IMG/VR virus record: IMGVR_UViG_3300027705_000005 | Location: 1-64,000 of that record | Length of the DNA: 64,000 nucleotides | Origin: a virus | Taxonomy: Duplodnaviria; Caudoviricetes | Reading direction: 5' to 3' (one strand) | Part shown: positions 47,231 to 57,204 of the stretch, one piece after another | Layout of the letters: each line of letters begins with the position of its first letter | Numbering within the stretch: the first letter of the stretch is position 1 | Position numbers and translations under genes: made by a program | Notes under the pieces: model-generated | Told to the model about the DNA's origin: nothing | The model's database searches: none | Seen by the model: the letters and a program-made list of their open reading frames with translations, nothing else

Positions 47231-48072
47231 TGAAATTAGTTAAAATAGTTGAATTAGTTTTCTTCTGTGATGATGCTAATGGTGAATATGGATTAACACA
47301 TGAAGAAACTGTAGATGAAGGGTTTAATGCTTTTTATAATGGAATCCAACTCTGGCATGACATAGCAGAACATTCACATGAATATACTCATAAATATTTT
47401 AAAGGAAAATATGCAATGAATGTTGGAGGAGAAATGGCAGCTATGGGAGCAATGTGGTATTATTATTATGTTTTAGGTGTTTATAATAGATTAACTCCAC
47501 GTTGGTACTCAGCAGAAGATATAACAAGATTAGGAACACAAGATTTAGTTCAAGAAGCAATAACATATGGATATTGTAACTTTGGACATGAATTAGAATG
47601 TAATATTCCTTATCAAAAACCTTCTGAGGATGCTTCTTTAGAATACATTATTGAAGAATTTAATTCTAAAGTTAAAACATTTAGATTTGAAAAACATAAA
47701 TATTCTTCTAAAGAAGAAAATGAGTATGCTAATCAATATAAAAGATCTGTAACTAAAAGTAAAATAGCAAGATTACATAGGTATGGTTATAATATGGCTA
47801 AAAGATTAGTTCCTGATTGTTGGCAAAATACAGAAACAATAATTAATTTTATAACATTCTGGAATGAGTTTTGTAAGAATAATCCAGCAGAAGAATTACA
47901 ACAATTTTATAAAGGTGTTACTTTTAGAATATATAAAAATAAAGGAATAATACATTGGACAGCTACTTTAATACCTATTTATAGAAATGATATAAAACAA
48001 ATTAAATTGAATAAAGAATCAAATACACAAACAATGGAAATAATGGATTATTACTTAACAAATGAATATTAA
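47230..48072 (+). CDS. Hypothetical protein with a possible metal-binding HDxxEH...E motif
   Basis: WHDIAEH...GGEMAAMGA. Confidence 0.7.
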   Translation: MKLVKIVELVFFCDDANGEYGLTHEETVDEGFNAFYNGIQLWHDIAEHSHEYTHKYFKGKYAMNVGGEMAAMGAMWYYYYVLGVYNRLTPRWYSAEDITRLGTQDLVQEAITYGYCNFGHELECNIPYQKPSEDASLEYIIEEFNSKVKTFRFEKHKYSSKEENEYANQYKRSVTKSKIARLHRYGYNMAKRLVPDCWQNTETIINFITFWNEFCKNNPAEELQQFYKGVTFRIYKNKGIIHWTATLIPIYRNDIKQIKLNKESNTQTMEIMDYYLTNEY

Positions 48073-48075
48073 ATT

Positions 48076-48675
48076 ATGATTATATCTTATGAAAAATTTG
48101 TAGATGATTTTGAACCTTATACTAATACAATGTCTGATGATAGGGGATATAATAATACAATGTATGAAACATTTTCTCCAGAAATAGATCATGTTAAAGC
48201 ACAAAATCCAGAATATATATGGACATTAATTGATGGAGAAAACAATAACTCCTGGATTATTCCTGGATTTCATTTTGTTAATAGACTTGGTTATTTCATA
48301 ACCAAAAATCCTTGGACAGATGAAGATCTTTTAGTTAATGATAATGAGTTAATACCTGTTAATAAATGTCCAGAATTAGGATTTGACTTTATAGAAAAAG
48401 TTTTAAGTATTAATAGAATAACAATTAAGGACAATTGGATGTTATCTATGAAATTTACTGCTTTCTACATGGCTGAATATGCAGAAGATGATGGATGCAT
48501 GGCATTCTATATTACAGAAAATGATTTTAAAGCAGTTTTAACAGAGTATATAGAGGATGTATTAGGATTTGAATCTGATACCTTTGATGACTTATTAGCT
48601 GATTATCAAATTAATTATGCAGAAAATACTATTAATATTAGGACTATTACTCTTAATCCCTCTTCGGGTAAGTAA
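48076..48675 (+). CDS. Hypothetical phage protein
   Basis: YETF..E...V.....IWT..DG......G.HFVNRLGY.IT..PW. Confidence 0.75.
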   Translation: MIISYEKFVDDFEPYTNTMSDDRGYNNTMYETFSPEIDHVKAQNPEYIWTLIDGENNNSWIIPGFHFVNRLGYFITKNPWTDEDLLVNDNELIPVNKCPELGFDFIEKVLSINRITIKDNWMLSMKFTAFYMAEYAEDDGCMAFYITENDFKAVLTEYIEDVLGFESDTFDDLLADYQINYAENTINIRTITLNPSSGK

Positions 48676-49033
48676 AAGTAATAAGACAATTATAATAACG
48701 GAACCATCAAGAGTTGATATAAAGCTCTTAGCAAGATTATTAGAATCTGAATGTTCTATCTGTCCAGTATCAGAGAAAAAGCTTGTAGGAGCTACTGTAT
48801 TGAATAGAATAGGACATTCAGATTTTCCTGATGATCTTAAATCTGTTATTAATCAAAAAAATCAATATTATATTACTGATCAAAAACCAAGTAAAGAATC
48901 TTTTATTATTGCAAGAGATTTACTTAACTGTGGTAAAAGAAATCAAAAAATATTGTATTTTTACAAACCAGGAAATGGATTTAAAAGAAAAAATGTAATG
49001 TATAAAACAAAATATCATCACTATGCAACTTAA
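48617..49033 (+). CDS. SleB/Hydrolase_2-type cell wall hydrolase with N-terminal anchor
   Basis: LLARLLESE...VGATVLNR....FP.....VI.QKNQY...LYFY...H.Y. Confidence 0.85.
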   Translation: MQKILLILGLLLLIPLRVSKSNKTIIITEPSRVDIKLLARLLESECSICPVSEKKLVGATVLNRIGHSDFPDDLKSVINQKNQYYITDQKPSKESFIIARDLLNCGKRNQKILYFYKPGNGFKRKNVMYKTKYHHYAT

Positions 49034-49163
49034 AGAATATTTGAATTTATTTAACCAAATGACTTTAATTGAGAAAATTATACAAATATTAGGTACACAA
49101 TTTTTAATTGGATTTTTTCTTCTTGGTTTCTACTTAGTATATAATGTTATAAAAAAGAATTAA
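49023..49163 (+). CDS. 46-aa single-TM protein (not in the ORF track)
   Basis: ...ILGTQFLIGFFLLGFYLVYNVIKKN; overlaps the hydrolase stop. Confidence 0.5.
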   Translation: MQLKEYLNLFNQMTLIEKIIQILGTQFLIGFFLLGFYLVYNVIKKN

Positions 49164-49436
49164 TGGGAGCTTTACATAAAATATTAACTGAAATGTTAAA
49201 TAGAATATTATATAATAAAAAAAGCTTCTGATAACAGAATATCAAATCTTGAAAAGAGAGTTAAAAATCTGGAAAGAATAGTTAAAAATATTACTAGAAC
49301 TGAATGAAAGATAACAAACTAAAACATAAAAATAAGACCAGGATGATGAATCCTAATGGTGGATACAAAAGACAACAGGAAGAACATAAATTAGATAAAC
49401 ATAAAGAAAAGTATAAATTTAATAAAAATAAAATAG

Positions 49437-50147
49437 ATGAAGAAGAATAATCTCCTACATGTATCTGACACCCATGCCCAAGAATTATCATTAATTATTC
49501 CAGATAATATAGATATTATATGTCATACGGGAGATGAAAGTAATTATTGGCAAGTAGCATTAAATGAAAATGAATTTTTTAATTTTATAGATTGGTATTC
49601 TAAACTTAATATAAAACATAAATTATTTATTCCAGGTAATCATTCTTCTTATGTTTATAAATATGAAAAAGAAGCAAGAAGAATTTGTAAAGAAAATAAT
49701 ATTATCTTTTTACATAAAGAGGAAATTACAATAAATGGATTAAAATATTATGGTGATGCAACTACTCCTACTTTTGGAGAATGGTTTTATATGTGTAATA
49801 GAGGAACAATAGTAAGACATTGGGAACAAATACCTGATGATACAAATGTACTACTAGTACATGGTCCTGCTAAGAATACATTAGATCTTTCTTTTGATAG
49901 AATGAATAACTTAGAATTTTGTGGTTGTAGTGCTTTAGCTAAAAGAATTAATAATCTTAAAGATATAAAATTAGTGTTAAATGGTCATATTCATAACATG
50001 AGATCTTGTAATAATCAAGGAGTATTATATAGAAATGGAGTAATATATTCTAATGCTAGTTGTGTTACAGATGGTATAATAGAAAGTGGAGTTACTAGTC
50101 ATGGTAATTTATTTGAAATTAATAATAAAGAAATAAAAATAATATGA
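49437..50147 (+). CDS. Metallophosphoesterase
   Basis: SDTH, HTGD, PGNH, VHGP, GHIH. Confidence 0.9.
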   Translation: MKKNNLLHVSDTHAQELSLIIPDNIDIICHTGDESNYWQVALNENEFFNFIDWYSKLNIKHKLFIPGNHSSYVYKYEKEARRICKENNIIFLHKEEITINGLKYYGDATTPTFGEWFYMCNRGTIVRHWEQIPDDTNVLLVHGPAKNTLDLSFDRMNNLEFCGCSALAKRINNLKDIKLVLNGHIHNMRSCNNQGVLYRNGVIYSNASCVTDGIIESGVTSHGNLFEINNKEIKII

Positions 50148-50788
50148 AAGTAGAATTATTATCTCATTTTGGAGATGATTTAATGGTTGCTAATTGTGCA
50201 AGAGTTAGCTATGGAAAAAGTAAAATTAAATTAGATGATAAAGATTCTAAATTAATTAAATATTTAGTTGAACATAAACATACAGCTCCTTTTAGACATC
50301 CACAATTACAATTTAGAATAACTTGTCCTATATATGTAGAAAGACAATTATTTAAACATCAAGTAGGAATGTCAGCTAATAGTATTAGTGGAAGATATGT
50401 TGATTTTAGTGATAGTTATACTACTATTTCAGAATGGAGAAAACAATCCATAAATAGTAAACAAGGAAGTGATGGAGTATTAAATCCTTTTGAACAAGAT
50501 ATGGCTAATAAAATACAAGAGGATGTAATTAATTATTGTAAATTTAGATATGATCAATTAATAGAACTTGATGTATCTAAAGAACAAGCTAGATCTGTTT
50601 TACCTTTAAACCTAAATACAACATTTATATGGACTGGGAGTATTTTATCTTTTATTCATTTGTTTAATTTAAGATTAAAACCAGATGCTCAAGCAGAGAC
50701 AAGAAATGTTGCAATGTTAATGTTAGATTGTATTAAGTCCATTGAAGGAAATTCATTTAAAAATACATTAAAAGCTTTTGGAATATGA
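50144..50788 (+). CDS. thyX: Flavin-dependent thymidylate synthase
   Basis: ARVSY, HTAPF, RQLFKH.......SGRY, EQARSVLP, LRL...AQ.E.R. Confidence 0.95.
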   Translation: MKVELLSHFGDDLMVANCARVSYGKSKIKLDDKDSKLIKYLVEHKHTAPFRHPQLQFRITCPIYVERQLFKHQVGMSANSISGRYVDFSDSYTTISEWRKQSINSKQGSDGVLNPFEQDMANKIQEDVINYCKFRYDQLIELDVSKEQARSVLPLNLNTTFIWTGSILSFIHLFNLRLKPDAQAETRNVAMLMLDCIKSIEGNSFKNTLKAFGI

Positions 50789-51012
50789 ATAATAGAAGTT
50801 TAAGCAGAGATGCAGATAATATTAAATCTAGTGTTGAAGATGTTATAGATAATTTAATATCTGAAATAGAAGATTTAGAAGAACAAGTTAGAAAACTAAC
50901 AGATGAAATTGAAGAATCAGATAATCAAATAAATAGATTAGAAGATAAAGTTTTAGAATTACAAGAAGAAATAGATCAAAATTATTCAGATAATTATAGA
51001 AGAAATGATTAA
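50785..51012 (+). CDS. Acidic coiled-coil protein
   Basis: Heptad repeat; coupled on both sides. Confidence 0.7.
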   Translation: MNNRSLSRDADNIKSSVEDVIDNLISEIEDLEEQVRKLTDEIEESDNQINRLEDKVLELQEEIDQNYSDNYRRND

Positions 51013-51565
51013 TTATAAAATTATTAATGATTCAATTGCATATTATAATAATTGGGGATTTGAAAGAATAGAAGTTCCTTGGACAGTATCTGAATATGTT
51101 GAAAATTTAACTAAACCTAAAGAGGCAGTAAGTTGTAAATTACAATATAATGATAAATGTTTAGTTGGATCTGGAGAACAATCTTTCTTATATTTGTATC
51201 TTAAAGAGTTTTTACCTAAAGGTCAATACCAAGCGGTTACTCCTTGTTTTAGATTTGAAAATTATGATTACCTTCATAATAAATACTTTATTAAAAATGA
51301 GTTAATTAAAACAGATATAGTTAATCATAATGAATTAGTACATATTGTAGATCATTGCTTAAAATTCTTTAGAAATTATTTACCAGATTGTGTATCTATA
51401 GTTACAGAACAAGGATTTGATATTGAATGGAATGGTTATGAACTTGGTAGTTATGGTATAAGGAAGAATGAATTTCTTGAATACATTTATGCAACTGGTG
51501 TAGCAGAACCAAGATTAAGTAAATTAATAAATATAAAGAATGGGATATCACATAAAGAAGATTGA
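51005..51565 (+). CDS. Stand-alone class II aminoacyl-tRNA synthetase-like (SerRS-type) catalytic domain
   Basis: GFERIEVP (motif 1), LVGSGE, PCFRFE...F.K.EL (motif 2), ELGS, TGVAEPRL (motif 3); no tRNA-binding arm. Confidence 0.78.
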   Translation: MINYKIINDSIAYYNNWGFERIEVPWTVSEYVENLTKPKEAVSCKLQYNDKCLVGSGEQSFLYLYLKEFLPKGQYQAVTPCFRFENYDYLHNKYFIKNELIKTDIVNHNELVHIVDHCLKFFRNYLPDCVSIVTEQGFDIEWNGYELGSYGIRKNEFLEYIYATGVAEPRLSKLINIKNGISHKED

Positions 51566-51785
51566 GAAAGGAGAGTACGGCACATTCTCTAAGATTAAAG
51601 AAGAATTTGAAGAGTTTGAAGATGCTGTTAATCAACAAGATGCTATTCTACAACTTATAGAACTTAGTGATTTAATTGGAGCAATTGAAGAATATATAAG
51701 ACCTCAAGGATTTATAATAAAAGATTTAATTGACTTCTCTGATAAAACTAAATCTGCTTTTGTAGATGGAAGTAGAACAAAATAA
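51540..51785 (+). CDS. Small MazG/HisE-like NTP pyrophosphatase
   Basis: KIKEEFEEFEDA...ELSDLIGAI (ExxE...ExxD). Confidence 0.75.
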   Translation: MGYHIKKIEKGEYGTFSKIKEEFEEFEDAVNQQDAILQLIELSDLIGAIEEYIRPQGFIIKDLIDFSDKTKSAFVDGSRTK

Positions 51786-51794
51786 ACAAAAAAT

Positions 51795-52325
51795 ATGGAT
51801 TTAACAAAAGTAACAAATTTAGAAGAAAGTAAATATCTTTCTGAAATGACATTTCCATGTGCAATGGATGCTAAAGCTGGATATTGGATAAATGCATCTA
51901 ACGGAGAATATGAATTTATAAATTCAGAAGAAGGTGAAACTGTTCACAAGGAAGGTAGTCTTTGTTGGAGAGATATATCTGACACATATCCTGCATATTA
52001 TTATAACAAAATATCCAAAGAACCATTAATTAAATATACTAAATCAATTAGATATGGTTATTTATCTAAGAATTTTAATGTTGGAGAAATATATGCTAAA
52101 TGTTTAGAATCAACCCCAACTAAAACTAAAAAATCTAAATATATAACGCAAGAATCATACACAATAGATCATCTAACAGTAGAAATATTTAGAGATAACA
52201 TTCAACCTCTTAGCACACCAAGAATTGAAATTTATAAAGATTGGAAATTAATAATTAAAGGAGGAATTATTAGAGATAATGAAGAATGGGGATATGTATT
52301 TCAAGAAGATATTCCATTTTTTTAA
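51795..52325 (+). CDS. Hypothetical protein
   Basis: 176-aa ORF. Confidence 0.65.
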   Translation: MDLTKVTNLEESKYLSEMTFPCAMDAKAGYWINASNGEYEFINSEEGETVHKEGSLCWRDISDTYPAYYYNKISKEPLIKYTKSIRYGYLSKNFNVGEIYAKCLESTPTKTKKSKYITQESYTIDHLTVEIFRDNIQPLSTPRIEIYKDWKLIIKGGIIRDNEEWGYVFQEDIPFF

Positions 52326-52388
52326 TATAAAAAATAGATAAAATAATATTTTTTAGCAATATTGCAATTACCATGAAAAATAAAGAAA

Positions 52389-52646
52389 ATGGTAACAAGT
52401 TTTAACAGAAAGGATCTAGTGTCTTTTGGAAATTATTTATTAAGTGAAGAAAGAAGAGAATTATTTAAACAACATCCTGATCTTGGTGAAAATCAATTAG
52501 AGGAGAGACTGGCTAATGTTCATCATGCAGATTTTTCCAATTGGATGTATAAAGTAACAAAAGGAAATACTGATTATTTATTTGAAGATATTAAATATCC
52601 TGTATCTACATTTGGTGAAATAATTAAAATAGAAGTAATCAAATGA
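52389..52646 (+). CDS. Hypothetical phage protein
   Basis: FNRKDLVSFGNYLLS...V.HAD..NW. Confidence 0.7.
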   Translation: MVTSFNRKDLVSFGNYLLSEERRELFKQHPDLGENQLEERLANVHHADFSNWMYKVTKGNTDYLFEDIKYPVSTFGEIIKIEVIK

Positions 52647-52873
52647 CAGTTTATTATGTAATTAAAAAATGTCCTGGAGATATTTATTTTACAGGAGATA
52701 ATTGGGATTTTGATTTTTGGAATGCTGAAAGATACAATTCTTATGATAATGCACAAAGAGTTGTAACTAAAGGATTATATCCAGAAAATACATATGAAAC
52801 AAATATTTTTCAACAAAAACTAACATTTAGATTAGCAGTTGAAATAAAGAAAATCTATTCTAACTTATGTTAG
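52643..52873 (+). CDS. Hypothetical protein
   Basis: Coupled ORF. Confidence 0.6.
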   Translation: MTVYYVIKKCPGDIYFTGDNWDFDFWNAERYNSYDNAQRVVTKGLYPENTYETNIFQQKLTFRLAVEIKKIYSNLC

Positions 52874-53226
52874 TTAAGATTGGAACTAGTAGAATTGTAT
52901 TTTTAATTAATAAATATGCTATAAAAATAGCAAATTTCAGAAATGGTCAACAATTATTTATTTATGGTTGTTATGGAAATATTTCAGAAAGAAAATATTA
53001 TAAACAACATAGTAAAGTAGATTATAATGACAATATGGTAGAATATATAGCACCATCTTTATTTTGTTCTTGGTTTGGATTAATACAAATTCAAATAAGA
53101 GCAGAACCATTAACAAGAAAAATGAGTAATAAAGAATTTAACTTCTTCAGAAATTTAACTACTGATAATAAAGAAGAAAATTTTGGAATAATTAACAATA
53201 AAATTGTTTGTATAGATTATGTATAA
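52867..53226 (+). CDS. Minimal protein-kinase-like fold protein
   Basis: GTSRIV, YAIK, N.SE, DNKEENFG, VCIDY. Confidence 0.65.
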   Translation: MLVKIGTSRIVFLINKYAIKIANFRNGQQLFIYGCYGNISERKYYKQHSKVDYNDNMVEYIAPSLFCSWFGLIQIQIRAEPLTRKMSNKEFNFFRNLTTDNKEENFGIINNKIVCIDYV

Positions 53227-53230
53227 TTAT

Positions 53231-53265
53231 AAAAAGGAAAGTAAATAAATTTACTTTCCTTTTTT
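53231..53265. terminator. Bidirectional terminator at the convergence of the two genome arms
   Basis: AAAAAGGAAAGTAAA-TAAA-TTTACTTTCCTTTTT. Confidence 0.9.
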
Positions 53266-53286
53266 ATTGTCTCTTTTTTTTACTAG

Positions 53287-56200
53287 TTATTGTGCATTAT
53301 AATCTTCATAACTATCTACAGCTGAGTTATATGTAGAAACCCCAGATCTTGATAATGGTATTGTTTTTGCCCAATTTCTACCCAATCTATTAATATCTTC
53401 TTGATCAGTATCATTTATTGGATTCAATACCTCTATAGTACTCCAAGCAGCTTTAGAGAAATCTGTCCATACTCTTAATGCAGGAACTGGATTTCTAATA
53501 ACATCAGATAGTGTACCAGGTAAAGCATAAAAAGATATATCAGATCTTAATCTATAAATTAAATTTAAGGCTAATGTAGCACTACCTTTAGAGAATTTAT
53601 CATCATCATCTAATTCTGCTTTTAACATTTTTAAACCTATCATCATTGCCCATAATGATAAAAAGAATACCATCTCTGCTGCTATCTTTCTAATATCAGC
53701 CTGATCTGTTTTATCTAAATTAGTAAAAGCATCTTTCCATCTTTCCATTGTTGAACCAGCACCAGAATTTCTTAAAAAGTTATTATATTCTTTAAACATT
53801 CTTGGCATAGCCATATATCTTCCTTGTACTCTAACACCAGTAATTTCATCAGGTCTTGATACACCAAATCTGCTATTTATACCTTCTGTAATCCAAGATA
53901 ATTTAAATTGTCCTAATAATGCTCCTAATACTTTTGATTTAATCCATACAGGACTATTGGGATCTGTGTTACCATGTACTTTTTTGACAATAGAATTTAA
54001 TTTTTGGATCATGTCTATTTGATTTTCAGAACTCCAATTCTCTATTTCATTTGAATTAATTGTACCATCTGCATTAATTAAGGACCACATAGACTTCTCA
54101 GTACCATCTTTCATTTTAACCTTATCATGCATTAAAGCTGCTACAATAGTTTGTCCTTTCATAAAGAAATCTGAACCTCTCATCCATGTGTACATCATTT
54201 CTGTATTAACAATTTGACCCTTACCATAATGTGATTCCATCATATCTTTAATCAAGTTATTTTGCTCAAAGAAATTTACTATTTTATTTCTCTTATCACT
54301 TGATTTTACTTTACCCATAGAAAAGAAATTTGCCATAGTTGATCTCATTTCTCCAAATGCTGCATGTGCTTCTTTTACATTAAAATATAATCCCCCAATA
54401 GCTTCCATGTAGTTAGATGCTACACCAAAGTTTAAGTTGGTAATAGGAGATAATATAGAAAATCCCATTGATTTAGCTTGTGTTAATGCAATAGCTGAAT
54501 AAGCACCCTTAGTATAACTTGATCTCTTACCACCTAAAGCTTTATAATCTCTATATAAATTTTTATATGAAGCTATTGTATCTTTTTCATCTTTAGTTAA
54601 CTTCTCACCAGCTTTCTGTTTTAGCATTGCTGCATCAAACATTGGTTCTATTCCTTTAGCTTCTTCTTTAATTTTTCTAGCTTGTTTCTTTTTCTCAGAA
54701 GTTAAACCAAATAAATCTTTAAATTCAAATATATTATCTGCCCAGAAATCTTCTTTTTGATGTTGATCAGGTTCTGTTCTATATTTACCATAAACTAATG
54801 CATCAAATGTATAATTTACAGTTTTTTTAATTAAATCTAACCCATCATTTCTATAACCATCATTAGTTATTTCTTTTGCTTGATTAACTATATATCTCTG
54901 TAATTCAACTGCATCTGATATATCATCTAAATATTTATAAGTTTCTACTTCATGAATAATCATCTGCATTGTACTTTGTAGATCAGTTGAAAATCCTTTA
55001 TTTAATTCTTTTAATTCTTGTTGATATATCTTTCTTTCAGAATCAGTTATACCTGGTTGTTCAAGTAATCTTTCTACTTCATCTATTCTTGCATCAACAT
55101 CAAAGAATTTATCAAATCTTACTTTATTTAAAGGATTACCTAATTCATCTACTTCATTATCAAATTGATAACTATGATTAACTGAGAACCAATCTGTAGC
55201 ACCATCTAATCCTTGTACTGGTTTATATCCATTAGCTTTAAATGCTTCCCATGCTCCAGCTTTAGATCTCATTACAAAATCTGCATTAGTATTACCTCTA
55301 ATATCTTTAGGTAATCTTTTTACAGCAGCTCTCATATAACTATTTACAAAATCATAAACTGCAAATAGATCCTTATTTGCTAACATCTCCTTAAATTTAG
55401 GATTATAATGTTGATCACCCACTGGTGCATATGGAACATATCTAAGCTTATCTTTATCTTTGGTTTGATTAATAGCTTCCATGTCTGTATCTTCAGGTAA
55501 TGCTGAAGGATTATATGTAATATTATAATACAAGAATGGATTATGTCTATATTCCCATAACTTCATTTCTTCTTCAGCTAATTCTGGATTATCAATATAA
55601 GTATCTTCTAACCAATCTTTATATTGCTCTTGTTCTTCATAATACTGTTTAATCTTAGCTTGTGCTAAATCAACCATAGACATTGCATAATGTTTGTTTT
55701 TCTCTCCTACCTTATTATAAAATTCTTCAATTAATCTATCTCTTTCTTCTTCAGTAGTACCTTCAGCAAATGCTATAGGATCAATAGCAATGGTATTATC
55801 AACAAACCATTGATTCTTTAATCTTCTTGCCTCTTTAGATCCTGCATTTAATCCTTGAAAAGTTAATTCATCATTGGTATAAGATGGCTCTTTTCTACCT
55901 TCTTCTACAGCTTTAATAACACTATCCAGGATTTCTTCAGTACTTATTTTATCTTCTATCAATTGCTTTTTAGCTCTATTGGCTTTATCCATATCTCCAT
56001 CAAGATATAATTTAATATAATCAGATATATCTTCTTTATCTGATTCTTTATAGAAAGCATCAGCATAACCAGATAATTCTTTTCTTGTACCAATAAATGA
56101 ATCATCTAATTCATATATTAAATGATTCCATAAAGTTCTACCAGCAGCATCTGTTTTAAATAATTTTTTATAATCTTCTCTTTTAATTTTAGAAAATAAT

Positions 56201-57204
56201 TCATCAGACTTTTTCCACTTTTCTTTAATAGATAATTCCTTAGCAATATTAACTCTTTCAATAGCTGATCCTAAATATCTGATAAACTTTTGATCACTAT
56301 TTTTAATATCTAATATATTAAGCATCCACTTACTATCTTTCATCATAGTCATGTCATCAACAGTAAGATCAAACTTACTACCTTTAGATGCTTCAAGAAT
56401 AAAATCAGTTGTTACATTATAAATATCATGCTTTATTTGGGAAGCATCAGATTGTATTTTTTCTACTTCTTCATTAAGTTCACTTACTCCTAAAATATCT
56501 CTGAAATTAGACCATATATCACCAGTAGCAATAATATCTCTAATCTCTGAAGCATTTAATGAATTAGGATTTTGTAATGCTTCTTTAGCATCTTCTACAT
56601 CCATTCTTGCTATATTAGTTAATACTTCTAATTTATCTTGTATTGTTTCAGATTCTTTATAATCTTCTAATTCTTTATTATAATTATCTATTTTAGATTG
56701 TATAAAATATTTATTAACCCCTGGTCTTGTTAATGTAGATTGTAATCTATTAATCTTAGCTTTGGTTCTTGCTATAATCTGATTATCATCTGCTTCTGCT
56801 TTAGATATTTGTTTATTAACACTAATAGAATCACTTGTAGATAATACATTACCTACTAAGTTTTCTATTGTATCTAAATCTTCATTGTCCCTTTTTTTTA
56901 CCTGTAACTCATTTAAAGTAGCAGGATTATAACTAATAACTAATGACTTACTTGTAGGAGATACATAATTATATCTTACTGGTATTCCTATAGAGTCTTG
57001 TACAGCATTCTTAATATCTATCATAAAGTCAGATACATCACCTACTTGATCACTGATAACAAAATGTGTTACAGCATAATCATCAGTAATATAATCTGTA
57101 TAAACATTAGATGTCATACCATTACTTGAAATCAGTTCTTTTATCTTGTCTGATCTTAATAAAGATTCAATATTCTTTATATTTTGTTTATCACAATGTT
57201 GCAT
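53287..57204 (-). CDS. Giant alpha-helical protein, probable virion cargo/ejection protein
   Basis: 1305 aa, helical, with a hydrophobic segment near the C-terminus; last gene of the leftward arm as in crAss-like genomes. Confidence 0.7.
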   Translation of the reverse strand: MQHCDKQNIKNIESLLRSDKIKELISSNGMTSNVYTDYITDDYAVTHFVISDQVGDVSDFMIDIKNAVQDSIGIPVRYNYVSPTSKSLVISYNPATLNELQVKKRDNEDLDTIENLVGNVLSTSDSISVNKQISKAEADDNQIIARTKAKINRLQSTLTRPGVNKYFIQSKIDNYNKELEDYKESETIQDKLEVLTNIARMDVEDAKEALQNPNSLNASEIRDIIATGDIWSNFRDILGVSELNEEVEKIQSDASQIKHDIYNVTTDFILEASKGSKFDLTVDDMTMMKDSKWMLNILDIKNSDQKFIRYLGSAIERVNIAKELSIKEKWKKSDELFSKIKREDYKKLFKTDAAGRTLWNHLIYELDDSFIGTRKELSGYADAFYKESDKEDISDYIKLYLDGDMDKANRAKKQLIEDKISTEEILDSVIKAVEEGRKEPSYTNDELTFQGLNAGSKEARRLKNQWFVDNTIAIDPIAFAEGTTEEERDRLIEEFYNKVGEKNKHYAMSMVDLAQAKIKQYYEEQEQYKDWLEDTYIDNPELAEEEMKLWEYRHNPFLYYNITYNPSALPEDTDMEAINQTKDKDKLRYVPYAPVGDQHYNPKFKEMLANKDLFAVYDFVNSYMRAAVKRLPKDIRGNTNADFVMRSKAGAWEAFKANGYKPVQGLDGATDWFSVNHSYQFDNEVDELGNPLNKVRFDKFFDVDARIDEVERLLEQPGITDSERKIYQQELKELNKGFSTDLQSTMQMIIHEVETYKYLDDISDAVELQRYIVNQAKEITNDGYRNDGLDLIKKTVNYTFDALVYGKYRTEPDQHQKEDFWADNIFEFKDLFGLTSEKKKQARKIKEEAKGIEPMFDAAMLKQKAGEKLTKDEKDTIASYKNLYRDYKALGGKRSSYTKGAYSAIALTQAKSMGFSILSPITNLNFGVASNYMEAIGGLYFNVKEAHAAFGEMRSTMANFFSMGKVKSSDKRNKIVNFFEQNNLIKDMMESHYGKGQIVNTEMMYTWMRGSDFFMKGQTIVAALMHDKVKMKDGTEKSMWSLINADGTINSNEIENWSSENQIDMIQKLNSIVKKVHGNTDPNSPVWIKSKVLGALLGQFKLSWITEGINSRFGVSRPDEITGVRVQGRYMAMPRMFKEYNNFLRNSGAGSTMERWKDAFTNLDKTDQADIRKIAAEMVFFLSLWAMMIGLKMLKAELDDDDKFSKGSATLALNLIYRLRSDISFYALPGTLSDVIRNPVPALRVWTDFSKAAWSTIEVLNPINDTDQEDINRLGRNWAKTIPLSRSGVSTYNSAVDSYEDYNAQ

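Noticed and set aside
53287-57204. Virion RNA polymerase catalytic subunit
   Set aside because: No DFDxD-type catalytic motif is visible; left as a giant probable cargo protein
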